A stretch of 64,000 nt of DNA from Saprolegnia diclina VS20 (lineage: Eukaryota): positions 168,122 to 232,121 of the forward strand of contig NW_008246069.1 of assembly GCF_000281045.1 (NCBI RefSeq), in the 5' to 3' direction. Shown piece after piece: positions 47,895 to 58,620 of this stretch. Position 1 is the stretch's first letter. Each line of letters begins with the position of its first letter. Position numbers and translations under genes: made by a program. The notes below the pieces were generated by a model, which was not told the DNA's origin, ran no database searches, and saw only the letters and a list, made by a program, of their open reading frames with translations.

Positions 47895-48385
47895 ATGTCG
47901 CTCGCTTGGAGAACCGACGCACAGGAGCGCGGTCTGGCCGCGTGCCTCCGCCAGCGCGACGACAACGCGCACCAGACACGTATTCCGACCGCCAGTTGCT
48001 CAACACCGTCATTCACGCCAACTCGCTCGGTCCTGGCTCCACGTACGGCGCACGCCTCTCTGCCATAGCGACGCGAATCGGAGAAGGTGGCAACATCTTG
48101 CAGCGCGGTACGGCGGTATATCTACGGCAGCGCGACATCAACTCGTGTCCGCGACGGCTGACGCTGGACGATCGCCAGTTTCTCGATCGCGTCATTCACG
48201 ATGCGTCGCTGAGCCACAGCTCCGACTGCGACGGCCGCCTCGCAATCATTGTGACGCGCCTTGGTGTCCAAATCCCACTTGTCTACTGCACTCCCACGAA
48301 GGCGGCTCCTGTCCAGCGGCAAGAGCAACAGCAGCAAGAACAAGAGCAACGCATTCGAGAGCGTCAAGACCGTGCGCGAGCGTAG
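47895..48385 (+). pseudogene. Family X copy 4, divergent, two tandem copies of the N-domain, frameshifted
   Basis: QERGLAACLRQRDDNA (frameshift ~47980) DRQLLNTVIHA...RLSAIATRIG, then QRGTAVYLRQRDIN...DRQFLDRVIHDAS...RLAIIVTRLGV, then a Q/E-rich coil. Confidence 0.65.
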
Positions 48386-48657
48386 CAGCGGCGACAAAGC
48401 GACGTGGCCGACGACCCGTCACCCGCATGGAGCTCGCTGCTCTAGGGCCCGAGACGCGATGGATGGATCTATCTTGACTAGTCGTTGGCATGGCGCAGAA
48501 GTACGACGTTAGTAGCACAGTAGTATATATGACGTTATTGCTGCAAAGCGGGATCGTGCGTTGGTCTTCGCACCGATCCAACTGTGGGTCTCTCCACCAA
48601 GTCCACGCCCCTCGTGTACATATGACAATATTCTCCAACTTATATACTGTGTCGTGT

Positions 48658-50334
48658 CTACGTGTACCAGCTCGGGCGGCGCGGCGACGTAAAGTACGCA
48701 TGCGTCGTCTCGGGCGACGCAAACACACCGTTGGCGACTGCGCGGACGCTAAGAAGCTTGGCCTTGGCCTTGACGTCGTCCCAGCGCGCTTCGTTGGCGC
48801 GCAGGTCGAGCGTCACGTGCTCGCAGGTTGCCAGCGCCGAAATGCACGCGCGCAACGTGACCTCGGGCAGCTTGTTGTGGCTCAGATCGATCGCTGCAGC
48901 ATGCGACGGCTGCAGCTGCGCCAGCGCCGACGCGACGACCATCGCGCGAATGTGGCCAAGCGCCAGCAGCGTTGGCCGCAACGGGCTCTTCATCCCAGAG
49001 AGCATGTAGAAACACGATCGCAGCCGGTCCAGCTGACCCAACTCGAGATGCGAGAGGTCGAGAAACGAGCCGCATTGCCGCAGCCACGTGGGGAGGACGT
49101 CGGCAAGCGCCGAGAGCTGCCACGTACTCAGCGTCGCGCGTCGCAGGCTCAGCGTCTCGAGACGCGTTGTCGTCGATAGAAGCTGCGTCAGCGCAAGGAA
49201 CGCTGGGCTCGAAAACGAGCACCGACTCAAGTCGAGGTGTTGCAATTGCGAGAGTATTGGAAGGTCCCGCAAATGGTCGCCCGCGATCAGGAGGTCGGTG
49301 AGGCGGGGCATTGTGGCAGCCGCGGCCAGAAGACTGGTCGCGCCAGTTAATGTCGACGCGTCCATCTCGAGGACTCTGAGATTCGCCTTCTCCAGCTTTT
49401 TGGCCCACGCCTCCACGAGGTCGGCGTCCCAGTGCGGAAGCCGGAGGCGAAGTGTCGTCAGGTGCGGCGGCAGCGGCGGCATCGCAGGCAGCGACGGGAG
49501 GTTCGCGGCCACCAAGGCACGCGTGAGGTTTGGCACGTCACGGAGGTCCAAGCTCGTGACGGTCGGCGACTGCAAAAGCGCGTAGGCGAGGAAGACGGCG
49601 CCGCGCGGCGAGAAGTCGATGCCCTCAAAGACCACGGACGTGACCTCGGACGCGCTGAGCCACGTGTAGAAGCCGCGGATGTCATCGAGCAGCGGCGCTT
49701 CGTACTGCGTCGAGCGAAAGTGCACGTGCTGCACGCGGTGCCACGACGTGATCATCATCCCGAGAAAGTCGTCGATCGCAGGCTGGTCGACCTCGTCCCA
49801 CGTCACCTTGGCCTTGCGGACGTTGGTGCAGAACGTGAGCGCTCGGCACATGGCTTCGTTGTTCTCGGGCAAGAGGTCGAGCGTGACGTCGACGACCTTG
49901 GTCGGGCAGTCGTAGAACGCACTCGGGAGCATGATCACGGTGCGCGGGCGTGGGCTTGCGTGCGCATCCAATGTGCGGCTGGCGTGGTCGACGACCACCG
50001 ACAATGTCGGCGGCAGCACGAGCCCGCAGCTGTCAACGTACTTGCTCACGCGAATCGCAGGAATCGCCGGCAGCGCTCGCTGCAGCACGCCGCGTGCGAC
50101 CGCGGGCACGGCGGCGAGGTCGAGCTCGGGCCACACAGCGTCGTGGCGCACGACGTCAAAGAGGCGCAGGAGCGCGTAGAGGACGTCGTCCAAGGCCGAG
50201 TGGGGCAGTGCGCGGAGGAAGTTGAGGACGTCGTCGGGCGACGTCATGCAGCGCGTCACCTCGAGCACCACCGCGGGCTGCTGCCACACGTGCGTGATGG
50301 TCTGCTGGGCGGCCATGGTATTCGCAATTGACAT
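48658..50334 (-). CDS. F-box-like/RNI-type LRR protein, copy E (intact)
   Basis: 558-aa intronless ORF; LxxLxL repeats (VTSLDL, LTTLRL, LRVLEM, LTDLLI, LQHLDLSRC, LETLSL, IDLSHNKL); N-terminal degenerate F-box-like segment (inference). Confidence 0.85.
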   Translation of the reverse strand: MSIANTMAAQQTITHVWQQPAVVLEVTRCMTSPDDVLNFLRALPHSALDDVLYALLRLFDVVRHDAVWPELDLAAVPAVARGVLQRALPAIPAIRVSKYVDSCGLVLPPTLSVVVDHASRTLDAHASPRPRTVIMLPSAFYDCPTKVVDVTLDLLPENNEAMCRALTFCTNVRKAKVTWDEVDQPAIDDFLGMMITSWHRVQHVHFRSTQYEAPLLDDIRGFYTWLSASEVTSVVFEGIDFSPRGAVFLAYALLQSPTVTSLDLRDVPNLTRALVAANLPSLPAMPPLPPHLTTLRLRLPHWDADLVEAWAKKLEKANLRVLEMDASTLTGATSLLAAAATMPRLTDLLIAGDHLRDLPILSQLQHLDLSRCSFSSPAFLALTQLLSTTTRLETLSLRRATLSTWQLSALADVLPTWLRQCGSFLDLSHLELGQLDRLRSCFYMLSGMKSPLRPTLLALGHIRAMVVASALAQLQPSHAAAIDLSHNKLPEVTLRACISALATCEHVTLDLRANEARWDDVKAKAKLLSVRAVANGVFASPETTHAYFTSPRRPSWYT

Positions 50335-51176
50335 GGAGGAGGATTGGATTGCACTTTCTCATTCGCAGCGTTTGATTCGCTCGAATCAGATAAAGGCAGC
50401 CAATCACATGCGATGTCAGCGGCGTGGCCAAGTCCCGGAACTCGCTTTTGCCCACCCACGTTTCTGTCGCCAGCCCACGACTGCCCACAGTGCAAGCTCG
50501 GCACGTCGGCCAAGCCTCCCTAGTCGATTTGCTAATAGACAATCTGTACCGCTTTTAACAGCTGCAACATTCACGTCTTTCCGCTGTCGCAAAGGCCATG
50601 CAAAGCGATAGAACGAGCTCCGTGGAATACGGTAGCGCATGATCACGAAACAAGCGCGACGAATCTCGGCAACGACGGGCACGGTTGGCACGGCGAGTAC
50701 CTTGCGTGCGACAGCAAGCACGACCGAGGGCCGACGTGCTTGTCCGAAGGAGGCGAGTCGCAAGGTAGCGAGTGATGGACGACTCGTCAGCAGAGAAGGT
50801 CGTGTCCCGACACCCTGGAGCGTCCCACATTACTTCTCCGTGGCTTGTCGACGTCGTGGCACAACGACGCCACAAAATCGGAAATCGGAAATCTGAGTGA
50901 GAAGCGCGACCAGCTTATGTTGCCCAAGTGATTTTATATGCAACCGTGCGTCATGTTTGGCCCCCGCTGGGTCCCTGGGACGTGGGCATCGTCGGCCAAG
51001 CATCCATGCGGATGTGTGGTGATCGCACGGGAAGATCGCTATAGTTGGGGCGATTAGGGTTGCCAGCGGGTTGCAGTGTACTTTATAAGGCAATCGGGTT
51101 GGCCAGACCGGATACGGGATGGTATCCGTATCGAGCAAACGAGCGTTGCGGCCCATTTTCGTGACCAAGCGACAAG

Positions 51177-54156
51177 ATGGCGTCGGAACCGGCTTGGGCC
51201 TGCGTCGCGTCGTCGGCCTTCCCGCTCGTCTACGCCTACGGGAAGGACATGAGCCTCGGTGGGCGCCAGAGCCGCGTGCTGGAGAAGGACCACGCGAAGC
51301 TGCTCCAGGCGCTCGAGCAGCAGCTCAAGCTCAAGGGCACGACGCACGCCAACAAGGCCGAGACGCTGCTCTTCTACAGCCACGCGCCGTTTCTCACGCA
51401 GCAACAGCTCGAGCTCGTGCTCGCTCGACTCGCTGAGCAGTTCCAGGCCATGTACATACAGACGCATCTTTGTTTCCTGCTCATGCCAGTGCGCGTAGCA
51501 ACGAGCTGGGCTTTCGCCTCGCGATCTTGGAGATGGTCCGGCGCATCGAAGGCCAGTTCAAGCACACGGACGTTTCCGACACGACCAAGGTAAGACGCGA
51601 GCTTGTCCATGGGCGAGGCTCCATCGCCGCGCGATAGATTGTCGGGCCTATCTACCAAGTGTTGCAGACGACCGACGACGTACAAACACGTATCGTGGCG
51701 TTGCAGCTGCTCGCGCTCCTCGCCACATTGGTTCGAGACGACGTCTCTCTGCACCAAGCGTACGCAAACCCCATGTCTCGAGTCTCGGTCCCCGACGCTG
51801 TCTTGTAGCATCGTCGCTCGCTGCGTCGCGAGTACGAGCGATGAAGCCGATGCTGCACACGACACGGCGCGCGCACTGCTGGCCCACTCGCCGGTCTTTC
51901 AGCGCACGCTGCTCACGCGTTTGCTTACCGAGTCGACGCCAACGAACGAGTTTGTTGCGCTCGCGCCGCTCTTGCCGTTGGCGACCACCAACGCGGCCGA
52001 AGCTGCTCTCGTACACCACCTCCCATCACCATTTGGCACTCACCGTGTGTCTAGGCCCTGGCCAAGTGCGAGGCGCTGTGCAACGTACGCCACCAATCAA
52101 CGTCCTCGCCCTTCTCATGTACGTTGGTGCTGTAGGATGCGACGGTGCGTGGCCCGACTGGCGATCTCTCGTACATCCACTCGCCGTCATTGCGACCGCT
52201 CGTGCTCACCATGGCGGCGCTCTCGCTGCAGCTGCTGCCCGATGCTAGCGACCGAATGGTGCGACGACGCATGGTGTCCATACTCTTATGTCTTGGTGGT
52301 GTAGCTTTGCGTAATCCAGACGCTCTTCACCGCGTCCTCGGCGTCGCTTCGGCGGATCGCGGTGGCGGGCATCGCCAAGATGCTGACTGCCGGTCGCCCT
52401 GTACCAAAGAGCGTTGTTTCTATGCTGCTTGACGCTGCTGCCGACGCATCCATGGACGCTGCCTTGTTGCTCAGCATCGTCTCGCAGCTCGAGGTGGCGG
52501 CACGCTCGATCGACGTCCCGCTCGCGTCGCTGCGATGGCTATCGGCGGAGCCCGACCCGAAGCTCACCAGCCTCTTTCTCCACATGACATACCATGCGAG
52601 TCGGCGCAGCGTTCCTGGCGCGCTTCTCGAACTCCTCCGCGTCCTTGCCGTGACAACCACGTACCCCGTGTCGCCCGCGACGACCACGATCGTCCGCAAA
52701 GCGCTGCGGCTTCTCGAGGCGCTGGTCCGCGAGATGCCAGACGCGACAGTGCCGACACTTGGGCCCGTGTTGCTGCGGCTCCTCGCGGGTTCAAGTCCGC
52801 ACGCCGACGCGCTCTGGGTGGCCATGTCGCATCTCACGTGGTATATGGCTGTGCCGACAGAGGCGGCGGCATCCGCGCTCGCTTCGTCATCGTCGACGCG
52901 GCAGTCGCTCGCGATCCTCGTGTGCCTCTTGCGCAGCGGAGGCGATGCGTCAGCGCTCGTCTTGCGCGCGCACGCAGCCCACCGATCGGCGTACATGAGC
53001 TGGCAGCTTGCGCGTGAGTGTATTCTGCACGGCGCCTTTGCGACGGCCGCGCAACTGCTGCCGAGCGTCGTGGCGGGCACCTTGTCGTCGACGACGCACC
53101 ACTGGACAAGCGCCGTCGCCTTGTGGGTCGATGGCGAGGCGCTCGTGTGTGCCACGACGTCGGCCGTGCCGCTGCGCACGTTTGACTTGCTGCACGAGGC
53201 CCTCGCTACGCTGCAGCTCGCGACGTGTAGCGATACGTCGTTTGAGACGCTGAGCGGCTTTGTCTCGGCGCGTCTCGGGCTTCTCTCGACGCTCCAGTCG
53301 GCGCTGCAGGTCCGTGTTGATCTTGTTGATGTATCGCATTTGAGCTAAGGCGACGTAGTATGCATTCGAGAGCATCATTGCGTCGGGTCAAGTGTTTTCG
53401 ACAACCAAGTGGACCGACCTCCAGCACCAGCTGCAGCGCCACGCCCGCACGTTTGCTGTGCTCAGTCACGCCGCCTGGTCGACCACCGACCTCGACGCCC
53501 TCGCCAGTCACGTGAGCCTCTGTGAATTCGTGGCCGTCGCTATCGACAAGACGATCCACGGTCGAACGGCGACGGTCGCGACGCCGACGGTGCTCCCCCG
53601 GCATCCGTCCTGGCAGTTTGTGGCCGACTACGCTGCCCATCTTGCGAGAACCGAAGACGCGCCATGCATGGAGTCGCTCGTCTCGATGCTCCAAGCCGTG
53701 TGCTCGCTACCGGCTGCGGTACCGCGGCCGCTCCTGCGCAGTGACGCGCCGGCGCTGTCGTTGGACATGGCGCTCGCGCCGGGCCCAAGCGTCAAGCAGA
53801 TCTCGCGCACGGTGCTGGGTGTCACGACGGCCGTCGACTTGGCCGCCACGATCCACGTGTCGTTGCAGCTCGACGCGGCGGTGTCACCGGCGAGTCCTCT
53901 GCGCGATACGAGCTGCGGCTGGACGCTGCAGCTTGAAGTGACGCTCTCATCAGACGGCGTGACCACGGTGTTTGACGCGCCGCTTGTGGCGCATGGCGAC
54001 GGCAGCTGCAGCAGCCATGTCCCGCTGGTCATTGAAGCAAGTCGCCTTGGCGAGCACTCGTCGCACGCGATCTCGATCGCGGCGTGGGTCGCGACGCCAA
54101 CACGCAGGTGCCTCCTCGCAGCCAAAGCGCTCGATCGCACCGTCGTCGTGTATTAG
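51177..54156 (+). CDS. INTS7: Integrator complex subunit 7-like HEAT/ARM protein
   Basis: LARLAEQF...FRLAILEM...IYQVLQTTDDVQTRIVALQLLALLA...DEADAA and WQLARECILHGAFATAAQLL...HHWTSAV resemble the INTS7 N-terminal and middle regions from memory; several short introns. Confidence 0.72.
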
Positions 54157-54161
54157 GGTGA

Positions 54162-54531
54162 CTAACTAAAGAACTGCATGATGATGTACATACTGGTGAG
54201 GAGCACTGTCATCGAGATGACGACAGCAAGCGTCGGGTACTTGTGCTTGCGCTCGAGCACCTTGATCTGTGGCTTCTTGGCGGCCTCGGCCGCACTCGTG
54301 TGTCGCTGCACGTACTTGGCGTGGCGCGGGTCGTTGGCCATCGCCACCTAGTCGAGCTGTAGGAAGTTGGCATGACGCATTGCGCAGCCGCACCTCGTAC
54401 GCCGCTTGGCTGAAGGCAACGACAGGCACGTGCACGCTGCGCATTGGATCCCACGCGTAGACGTCGGCGGCGGGCGGCTGGCGGCCATCGGCGACCAGCG
54501 CGAGGAAGACGATGGCGTAAGCTGGTCGCAT
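54162..54531 (-). CDS. Small protein with C-terminal transmembrane helix
   Basis: Exons joined by a GT-AG intron (~54348-54393), ending KYPTLAVVISMTVLLTSMYIIMQFFS*. Start uncertain. Confidence 0.5.
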
Positions 54532-54818
54532 GGCACCGTTTCAAAAGTGCAACGGCCACGCGGCAGCTACGCCCATGCACCTGTGCCGAGCTCGACAAGC
54601 TGCAGGCCGGCGGTGGTCATGGCCACGGCGGCGCGTCGGTTGTCGGAGCGGCGCCGGCTGCGTTGATCCCTGACGGATCGAAGGTGGGTGCTAAAAAACG
54701 CATTGCGTTTTAGTCGTTTAACCGCGGGTAAAGGGACTTGAACGCGTTTAAAGCCAAAAAGAACGCTGCGTGTAACGCAGTTGGACGACTTGGAGTTTGT
54801 ATGATGTGCAGAGTGGGG

Positions 54819-54837
54819 GCTCATTTTATTCCTTTGC
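54819..54837 (+). promoter_or_regulatory. Inr-like core promoter
   Basis: GCTCATTTT followed by an imperfect FPR, ~37 nt upstream of ATG 54856. Confidence 0.5.
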
Positions 54838-54855
54838 GACGACGACAGCAGCAGC

Positions 54856-57069
54856 ATGGCCAAGGCCCGGAAGCTCAACCCGTGGGCAGAGCAGATGATC
54901 GCGGCCTTCCAGCTGCCGGCGCTCAAGGACGACGAGTACTTTGTGCAGTGGGAGACAGGCCGGCTCGGCGTCAACATCATGGAGGACAAGGAGTCGGAGC
55001 TGCCGATCGTCTGGACGATCATTGATCCGTCGAGCCCACTCGCGGCCGCCATGGAGGTCGGCGACTACCTCCTCTGCGTCAACGAGCTCCGCGCCGAAGA
55101 CAATACGTTCCACAACTTTCTCCAGCTCCTGACAACCAAGCAAAAGCCCGTATTGCTCCGCTTTCGCCGGGCGCGGTCACGCGACGAGACACAGCCCGAG
55201 CCGCCCTTGCCACGGTCCAAGTCGTTCAAGAGCGAGACCAAGGCCAATGGTGAAAAGCCGGGCTTGAAGCTAAGCTTGAGCAGCGACAGTCTCTTCCGCA
55301 ACCGCGCGCCGTCGCGCTCGTCGCGCAAGCTCGACACCCCGACAGTACGGATCGAGAGCCCCGAGGAGCCCAAGCCCATCTCGCCGCGCGACCTCCTCGC
55401 GATGGACCCGTACCGCAAGTATCGATACGAGTTTGAGTGGGTCGACGGCGCGCTCGGCCTGTACTTTGGCGAGGAAGAGAGCCTCAATATGCCCGTGATC
55501 ACTCGCACTTTGCCGCATGCGAGCCCCGAGCTGCTCGCCAACGTCGCGCCCAACGACATCCTCGTCTCGGCCAACGGCCTCTCGTCCTACGACGTGTCGT
55601 TTGCCGACTTTTTCACACAGCTTCAGCACTGGCCCAAGCCGATCCACCTCGTGTTCCAGACGGCGCGCCCGCCGAGCCCATCGACACCGAAGGGCGCGCC
55701 GCCGTCGAGCCCGCCCCACGACTCGATCAACCGCGTGCCCAGCCCGCCGCCGGATCAAGTCCGAGAGTCGGTGCGAGAGTCGACCAAGTTGAAGATTATG
55801 TCGTTCGGGTCCAAGCCCAAGGCGACGACCGTGTCGCCAAGTTTATCGACGACAACACCGACACCGCCAGGACGCGAGAAGGCAGCGCCCAAGCCCATCG
55901 TGACGACACCGCCCCGAGACACAACAAACTCGCCAACCGTAGTGACGTCGCCCAAGGCACCGGCACCGTCACCGGTGAGGGTCGCTGCCAAAGTCAAGGC
56001 GGTCGCGCCACCTAAAGCGCCGTCGCCACAGTCGAGCGAGCCGTCGCCACAGACCACGCCGACACGCACGCCGTCACCGCAGACAAAGGCCTCATTGTCG
56101 CCACCGATGGCAGTCGCGCGATCGATGTCGCCACCGGCGCCCGTCACGTCGCCACCGACGCCCGTCACGTCGCCACCGCCTACACTGTCGCCGACGCAGA
56201 GAGCGCCCGATGCCAAACCCAAGAAGCCTGTCTTTGAAGACAGCGACTCGGACGACGAAGGTGACCGCAAGGAATTTGGGTCCGAGTACTTGGACGACGA
56301 CTTGCCGCCTGCGGTGGCCGACCCGCCGCCGGTCGTTGTCGTGGCCCAGCATGACGCGTTGTTCGCGTCCACGAGTCGTGACGACGACAGTGCGTCCGAG
56401 GTCGACTCAGACATGGACTTGGACCTCGAAGAAGAGGAAGAAGAGGGACCGATCGAGAACGAGCCAATGCCGAATCTCGACTACCCGGTGCGGAAGGAGC
56501 GGTCGTCCGAGGTCGCGACCGACGATGGCCCGCGCGTCTCAACTGTGCCAAAGCCGTTGCCGTCCCGCGGCGGTGGCGGGGAGCGGTCGGGGAAAGCACG
56601 CGGCCGCGGCAAGAACAAGCGCAGCAGCGCCAATGGCGCCGCCAAGCTGGCCAAGATCACAGAGAACGACGAACAGACGATCCCGCTCCTCGAACCCAAC
56701 TCGGTCAACATGAAGCTCAACGTGCGCGGGAAGCTCAAGAGCCAGCGCGTGAGCAAGATGGACACGCCTGACAGCTCGCTGTACCTGTTGAAGTGGAAAG
56801 AAAATCGCAGCATTGGCCTGCAACTGCGCGAGTGCCGGCTCAGTAAAGGCGTGTACCCGATGGTCGTCCTCGTCTGCCGAGAGCCGTGCTGCGAGTCGCT
56901 CCGGCACGTGAGCGTCGGCGACGTCCTTCTCGAGATCAACGGCCGCGACACGGCCATGATGGGCGTCAAGAAAACCATTAGCTTTGTCAAAACGTGCTCG
57001 AAAACCGCGCTCCTCAAGCTCAAGCGCGGTCCCGGCTTCTCCGTGCAGCGAGTCAGCGCCACGTTCTAA
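54856..57069 (+). CDS. Multi-PDZ-like protein with Pro/Ser/Thr-rich linker
   Basis: Three repeats of W..G.LG/IG...VGD.L..VN/ING...L.F/L.R separated by disordered regions; single 737-aa ORF. Confidence 0.8.
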   Translation: MAKARKLNPWAEQMIAAFQLPALKDDEYFVQWETGRLGVNIMEDKESELPIVWTIIDPSSPLAAAMEVGDYLLCVNELRAEDNTFHNFLQLLTTKQKPVLLRFRRARSRDETQPEPPLPRSKSFKSETKANGEKPGLKLSLSSDSLFRNRAPSRSSRKLDTPTVRIESPEEPKPISPRDLLAMDPYRKYRYEFEWVDGALGLYFGEEESLNMPVITRTLPHASPELLANVAPNDILVSANGLSSYDVSFADFFTQLQHWPKPIHLVFQTARPPSPSTPKGAPPSSPPHDSINRVPSPPPDQVRESVRESTKLKIMSFGSKPKATTVSPSLSTTTPTPPGREKAAPKPIVTTPPRDTTNSPTVVTSPKAPAPSPVRVAAKVKAVAPPKAPSPQSSEPSPQTTPTRTPSPQTKASLSPPMAVARSMSPPAPVTSPPTPVTSPPPTLSPTQRAPDAKPKKPVFEDSDSDDEGDRKEFGSEYLDDDLPPAVADPPPVVVVAQHDALFASTSRDDDSASEVDSDMDLDLEEEEEEGPIENEPMPNLDYPVRKERSSEVATDDGPRVSTVPKPLPSRGGGGERSGKARGRGKNKRSSANGAAKLAKITENDEQTIPLLEPNSVNMKLNVRGKLKSQRVSKMDTPDSSLYLLKWKENRSIGLQLRECRLSKGVYPMVVLVCREPCCESLRHVSVGDVLLEINGRDTAMMGVKKTISFVKTCSKTALLKLKRGPGFSVQRVSATF

Positions 57070-57642
57070 GTACGACGACGTAGATTAATATTGAAGGCAG
57101 CGGTCCATTAGAGTGTACATATCGCGCAAGTCCAAGGCGTTGGGGAGCGCGAGACAAAGGTCAAGGCCCTGTATCGTGGGCGACCGACAAGCGCGTCGGC
57201 CATTGCGGATGGCCAAACGCATGTGCAAGCTGCTCACACTGTGACTACGCTCAGAGATCGGTCAGTTCGCCCGACGCCGTCACCGGTTCGCCTGGCTGAA
57301 CATGGAGCGTCTCGACTTTGTTGATTGAGAGCTGCATTGACGGAGCCTCTATGCGGCCAAGCCAAGCAGCTAGGAGCTTGAGGCGGTTAGGATGTAAGCA
57401 GCTTGACTCGACCCACTCGGGTCACGATCGACTCGTCATGATTCGAGTGGGCCCTGCAGAATGCTGATGAGCGGCGAGTGGAGCGCGCTGCAGACGGCTC
57501 TGGACGACGATGCAGACAAGGCGCTCGTCCCCAGAGACTTGACGGAATCTTGTGGTGGTTGCGCAATGTGCCACGAAAGATCTTGCGCTTTGTATGCGGC
57601 GCAACTTCGATCGCCGACTTTGAGCATTTTCGAAACAGCAAA

Positions 57643-58543
57643 ATGGCCCGACGCTTCAAGGTGGCGCTGTGCCAGCTCGCGGTCGGCGACAAGAAGGCGA
57701 TCAACATTGCGCGTGCGACGGCGGCCGTCGAGGAGGCGGCGCGCAACGGCGCGCAGGTCATCTCGCTGCCCGAGTGCTGGAACTCGCCGTACGCGACGTC
57801 GTCCTTTCCGCAGTACGCCGAGGAGATCCCGACGACGGCGCTCGTGACCGAGGCCGACCACCCGTCGACGCACATGGTGCTTACGCTGGCGAAGCGCCTG
57901 GGCATCTATCTCGTGGGCGGCTCGATTCCCGAGCGCGAGAACGGCAAGGTGTACAACACGTGCGTGGTCGCGGGTCCCGACGGCGCGCTCCTCACCAAGC
58001 ACCGCAAGGTGCACCTCTTTGACATTGACGTCCCCGGCAAGATCACGTTCAAAGAGTCGGACACGCTCTCGGCCGGCAGCCAAGTGACGGTCTTTGACAC
58101 GCCGTGGTGCAAGATCGGCGTCGGCATCTGCTACGACATTCGCTTCCCCGAGCTCAGCATGCTCATGAAGACCGCTGGCGCCAAGTTCCTCATGTTTCCC
58201 GGCGCGTTCAACCTCACGACGGGACCCGCGCACTGGGAGCTTCTCCAGCGGGCGCGCGCCGTACGACACTGCGCTCGTAATGCTGTTGGCTTATGCGCTG
58301 AACTAGGTGGACAACCAGCTGTACGTGGCGGCCACGTCGCCGGCGCGCGGGCCCGAAGGTGGCTACCAGGCGTGGGGCCACTCGACCGTCGTGTCGCCGT
58401 GGGGCGACGTCGTCGCGACGACCGAGCACGGCGAAGCCATTGTGTACGCCGACATTGACATTGAGCAGGCCGACGAGATGCGCCGCAACATCCCAACGGC
58501 GCTGCAGACGCGCTCGGACCTGTACAAGCTCGAGCAGCTCTAA
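57643..58543 (+). CDS. NIT2: Omega-amidase (nitrilase superfamily)
   Basis: [71 protein letters not shown]; intron 58261-58306. Confidence 0.93.
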
Positions 58544-58620
58544 GTGCAATCTCGCGCTCTTGGTCATTGTCTGTCCTATGACGCGACGACTATGTACACA
58601 AATCCACGGCTTTCGGCGTC

